Source of the DNA: Trichoplax sp. H2
Taxonomy: Eukaryota
NCBI GenBank assembly: GCA_003344405.1
Contig: NOWV01000277.1
Location: 1-64,000, forward strand
Direction of reading: 5' to 3'
DNA length: 64,000 nt
Shown: in pieces, positions 59,940 through 64,000 of the stretch
How the letters are laid out: each line of letters begins with the position of its first letter
Numbering within the stretch: position 1 is the first letter of the stretch
Notes under the pieces: generated by a model
What the model was told of the DNA's origin: nothing
What the model saw: only the letters and a program-made list of their open reading frames with translations
The model's database searches: none
Position numbers and translations under genes: made by a program

Positions 59940-60830
59940 GAATGGACCTGAGACCCGTTCGAGCACCGTGACACTTTTGTACTGTACTGTACTATACTTT
60001 TGTACTGGAGAAGAAACGCGAACCTCTCCTTCTATCGCAGTCATGGACTTACGGACTACGGACCCTTGGTAGAGCCTCTGTACGGTAGCAGTACAGTACA
60101 GTACTGTACTGTACTGTACTGTACTGTACTAGAGAAGGCCGAACCTCTCTCTGCCTGGATCGCAGTCGTGGACTGATGGACGTACAGTACTAATGGACCT
60201 GAGACTCGTTCGAGCACCGTGACACTTTTGTACTGTACTGTACTGTACTGGAATGTGGAGAACAAACGCGAACCTTTCCTTCTCTTGCAGGCATGGACTT
60301 ACGGACTACGGACCCTCGGTAGAGCCTGTGCCCTGTGGTACCACTGTGCTGGAGAATGTGAACCTCTGCCTCGATCGCAGTCATGGACTGATGGACGTAA
60401 AGTACTCAAAGAGCTATAAAATATGGACCTGAGACCCGTTCGAGCACCTTGACACTTTTGTACTGTACTGTACTGGAATGGGGAGAACAAACGCGAACCT
60501 CTCCTTCTAGCGCAGTCATGGACTTACGGACTAACGGACCCTTGGTAGAGCCTGTGCCCTACTGTACAGTAATGTACTGGAATGGGGAGAACAAAGGCGA
60601 ACCTCTTCTTCTAGCGTAGTCACGGACTTACGGACTACGGACCCTGGGTAGAGCCTGTGCCCTACTGTAATGTACTGGAATGGGGAGAACAAAGGCGAAC
60701 CTCTTCTTCTAGCGCAGTCACGGACTTACGGACTACGGACCCTGGGTAGAGCCTGTGCTATCTATCACTTTACTGGAGAGGCGAACCTCTGCCGCGATCG
60801 CAGTCATGGACTTATGGACGACGGACCTTG
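59940..60830. repeat. GC-rich composite minisatellite (modules A, B and B') interleaved with CTGTA runs
   Basis: Module A (atggacctgagacccgttcgagcaccgtgacacttttg) occurs 3 times (~59942, 60193, 60423). Module B (ggagaacaaacgcgaacctctccttctagcgcagtcatggacttacggactacggacccttggtagagcct) occurs 5 times (~60007, 60257, 60482, 60586, 60684). A shorter B' occurs 3 times (~60131, 60351, 60775). Confidence 0.9.
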
Positions 60831-61260
60831 GGCATAGGCTCTGCTACAGGCCTTCAGGGCAACGTCTAGTACTGAGTGTTCAACACCGACTTGTACACAA
60901 GGGGTCGATAAAAAAGGTCTCCCACTGCCCCACCCTACTCTCCTATACTGACAAATAGAGGACGCAGTCCTGTCCCAGCGTCGATCAAGGCAATACTGCA
61001 AGAAGTGAAGAATCTTGATCAACTCCCCATCATTAATTGAATGATCAATAATATCCACTTGCTACTTTGCAAAAGGGATATCACTCCTTTGACGACCTTC
61101 AATCAACGCTATTGCCGTCTAGGATTGACTCCAATCTCCACAGTCACTTTTTCATACCAGCTTAGTCTACAAATAGAGTTGACCGATTGTTACATATAGT
61201 ATTGGTAGTGCGCTTGTTGGAAGTGAAACACTCCCCACCCCCACGGTTTAGCCAAACACC

Positions 61261-63787
61261 ATGAAGAAACAGTTTATGAGAGCTAAACAAATTGCTAATC
61301 AAAGCATTGGAAGGTAAATGGATAGTGTAAGATAATCTTGAATACAGCTTTATTCATTGATCAGTGGTTATCGCCTAATGGTACGGCTGTATCATTTCAT
61401 GCAAAAGGAGAAGGAGGGATGGATCAACATGATACTACAAATTTGACCTTGTGTATCTTTTCTCATCTGTACTGTATCTTGACAACGATTGCTATGCACT
61501 CTCTTAATGGATTAAATGGTAGCATCCTTCCGTTACCGTAGTCATCAAATCGTTCAATATTCCTCTATTCATTCATTGATAGTCATAACCATCTCTATAC
61601 AGTTGTAGAAAAGAGATGCTCTCGCTTGATCAGTTTCCTTGCTTGCAACCACTAAACCATCAACAGCAACATGATGGTCAAGGGGATAATTCAATCGATC
61701 CAAACATCATGCCATGTACATTGTACAATTGGTGTAGCTTAGACACTATCTAAATATCTATACTTTGACCATCAACAGCAATATGATGGTCAAGGCGATA
61801 ATTCAATACATGATCATCGATCAATGGATCCAAACATCATGCCATGTACAATTTGTGTAGCTTAGACTTTATGTAAATATCGATACTTTGTAATGGTGTA
61901 AGTAAAGTAATATGCGTAATATTTATAGGTGCGATAGATGAAGTTTATATCAATTCAATTAGATACATTATCCCCATAATAATACAACTATTATTATAAT
62001 TGTGCATATTATTTCCTCTTAAGAGCCTAATTTGCTGTTAACAATACAACTGGCCAGTGATTGGAACTGGTTTTCTGATGGCTATACGAGAAATGCAGAT
62101 GCACATGATTCATGCATTCATAGCTCTTCGATACAAAGGCCAACGATCCCTTGAATAGTTCTTAATAATATTAACTTAATTTTCTGTTTAACTTAGAGCT
62201 ACAGTTCTGTTGCACTACTAATTTCTTTTATATCCAACATAGATATCAAATTTCACAATAATGCTATCATCTCATGTCTATAATAGTCTCACGATATTGT
62301 CTAATGAAATACGAGTACGTTCTTTGACATTAGTTTATCTATCTATCTATCTAATCTGAATGCCAATCAATCTATATTGCTAGTATTGTACGTATAATAG
62401 AGGTTATCAATTAATTATTTTTCATATAGCACTAGGCACTAATGATGCAATGCATGAGAAACTGACGTTAATCTGATGACTAGAGAAACTTTGTCCAAAG
62501 TTTTTGACTAAAATAACAATCATTTCTTATCTTATTAGGGCAGAGAAAACAGAAATCTCAGATAAACTTCAACAGGTTCGTATCAGGCACTTCTAAGAAG
62601 TTCCCGTATAAAAAAATTGTAGTAGTAGATAGTAGACAATGTACGCTTGAAGGACAGATTATAACTTACTGATAATTATCATTCAATGAACTACAGTAAA
62701 GCATTATCATACGAAGATGCGACATGTTTCAAAATATTATTCTAACGTTATGTAGTAATCTAGTCGACTCTACAAAATACAGGATTCAACTGACTGTTTT
62801 GTTTATCTGCTAACTAATTGAACCAAATTGCCTTTTCTTTATCCATTTTAATAAATATAAGATGTCATTTGTTTGAAAAATTATTATGACGTTAATAGAT
62901 TGAAAAGAAATCGGAAGCAGCTAAAAAGTCATTATCGACTGTAGTTAAGGTCTTCGTACCTTATATTAACGGTACCGGAGTTGATAAAGAGAAACGACTA
63001 GTAAGTAATGCTGATTACACAAATTATCTTCCATCAGGCTTAAGAGAATGTACTGTTATAATTTTACTATAAATAATAGGATCAATGTAATACTTATTTG
63101 CACAATCTTTTTCTGCCTGTCTATACAAAATTGTAGCGAAAGAATCATGCAAGTCATTTAGGTCAAAGTTTACAGGATTGCACTGCAAATCTTCCCAGCG
63201 ATAGCGTCCTAAAGTAAAAATCTGTCGTCTTAATAATCGCTTTAATTACCTTAATGAAATATACTCTATAGCTTTGAAAGTAGCTGATCAATAGCTGATA
63301 CTAAAGATATAAGTAGATCTAATAGTTAGTGTAAGTTAAAAGTAGCTATCAATATCTTCAGAGAATCTTCAATAATACTTATCAATATCAAGCAAGGATA
63401 TTAAATTAATGTTGGAGACTAAATTTTACTATACCTCTACAATGACATTTAAAGAGCTTCGTAAACTGTATTAAAATGCTAAAGTGAAGATTATTATTTT
63501 ATATGCTTGATTATAGCAATAGTTTGCTGTCTCAGTTGAATAGACCAGAAATTCTGTTACACTACAGTGTGGATATCATAAATAATCTATAATCTATGGC
63601 CATAATTTCATACCTGGTAATTTATTATAGACAATTCCGTAAGCCTAATAATCATTTTCGATCGATATATTGTAGGAGTGTTGTCATGGATTTAGGTACT
63701 GCTTTAAATGAAGTAGGAAAACTACAAGTGAATGCCGAAGCAAATATAGATGAAGATGTAGTCATTCCTATCAGTAACGTATTAGAG
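61261..63787 (+). CDS. N-terminal BAR-domain exons of an ARHGAP17/ARHGAP44/SH3BP1-family RhoGAP (continues beyond the window)
   Basis: Exons 61261-61313, 62539-62575, 62899-63000, 63137-63213 and 63676-63787 join in frame: MKKQFMRAKQIANQSIGR-AEKTEISDKLQQ-IEKKSE...KEKRL-RKNHASHLGQSLQD...-SVVMDLGTAL...VVIPISNVLE. The family N-terminus is MKKQFNRMKQLANQTVGRAEKTE. Confidence 0.88.
61657..61890. repeat. Tandem duplication (~111-122 bp units) in RhoGAP intron 1
   Basis: accatcaacagcaa(c/t)atgatggtcaagg.gataattcaat...gatccaaacatcatgccatgtaca...tgtagcttagac occurs twice. Confidence 0.85.
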
Positions 63788-64000
63788 GTATAAAATCTTC
63801 ACTGATATAATACTTAGGGATAATGAAATATGCAAAAGTTTTATTTGATAAGTCACAGTTGTACACAATGAGTAATGGTATATATATATAGTAAATATCA
63901 TAGGCGTTACTATTCCATTCTAAAATGGAATCATACCATATTCACTGCATGAAGTTTCTAGTTACCTATGAAATGTGAGCAAGTGCACAATATAAGACAA

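Noticed and set aside
59940..60830. CRISPR array, tRNA cluster or hammerhead ribozyme
   Set aside because: The sequences between repeats are themselves repeated, with no unique spacers and no cas genes. No cloverleaf forms around GTTCGA, and CTGATGG lacks the CUGAnGA...GAAA hammerhead core.

Overview
This is AT-rich, intron-dense animal genomic DNA, not a prokaryotic locus. Short introns and a 42-aa TPR array suggest a placozoan such as Trichoplax (inference). Exons were reconstructed by hand from splice sites and remembered homologue sequences. Gene order: 3' end of a TPR-array gene (+), NTAN1 (-), COX11 (-) head-to-head with mitochondrial aconitase ACO2 (+, 31 coding exons), an orphan 239-aa ORF (-), DRC3/LRRC48 (+) tail-to-tail with ATPAF2 (-), two tandem spinster-like MFS transporters (-), and SRP68 (-) head-to-head with an ARHGAP17/44/SH3BP1-type BAR-RhoGAP (+, runs off the end). 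Highlights: (1) mixed TA-CAG-TA / TA-CTG-TA / TA-CCG-TA arrays at divergent promoters look like stacked Tc1/mariner excision footprints. This is supported by a TA-flanked MITE inside one array and by a TA vs TACTGTA difference between two copies of one locus. (2) A decayed intronless bacterial-type MoxR AAA+ ATPase fragment, next to a T9SS-CTD-like fragment, lies between host genes. (3) There are non-canonical introns: U12-type AT-AA in DRC3, GA-AG in SRP68 and GC-AG in ACO2. (4) A solo-LTR-like insertion is seen together with its empty site. (5) The DRC3-ATPAF2 pairing matches human. No CRISPR array, rRNA or convincing tRNA was seen.
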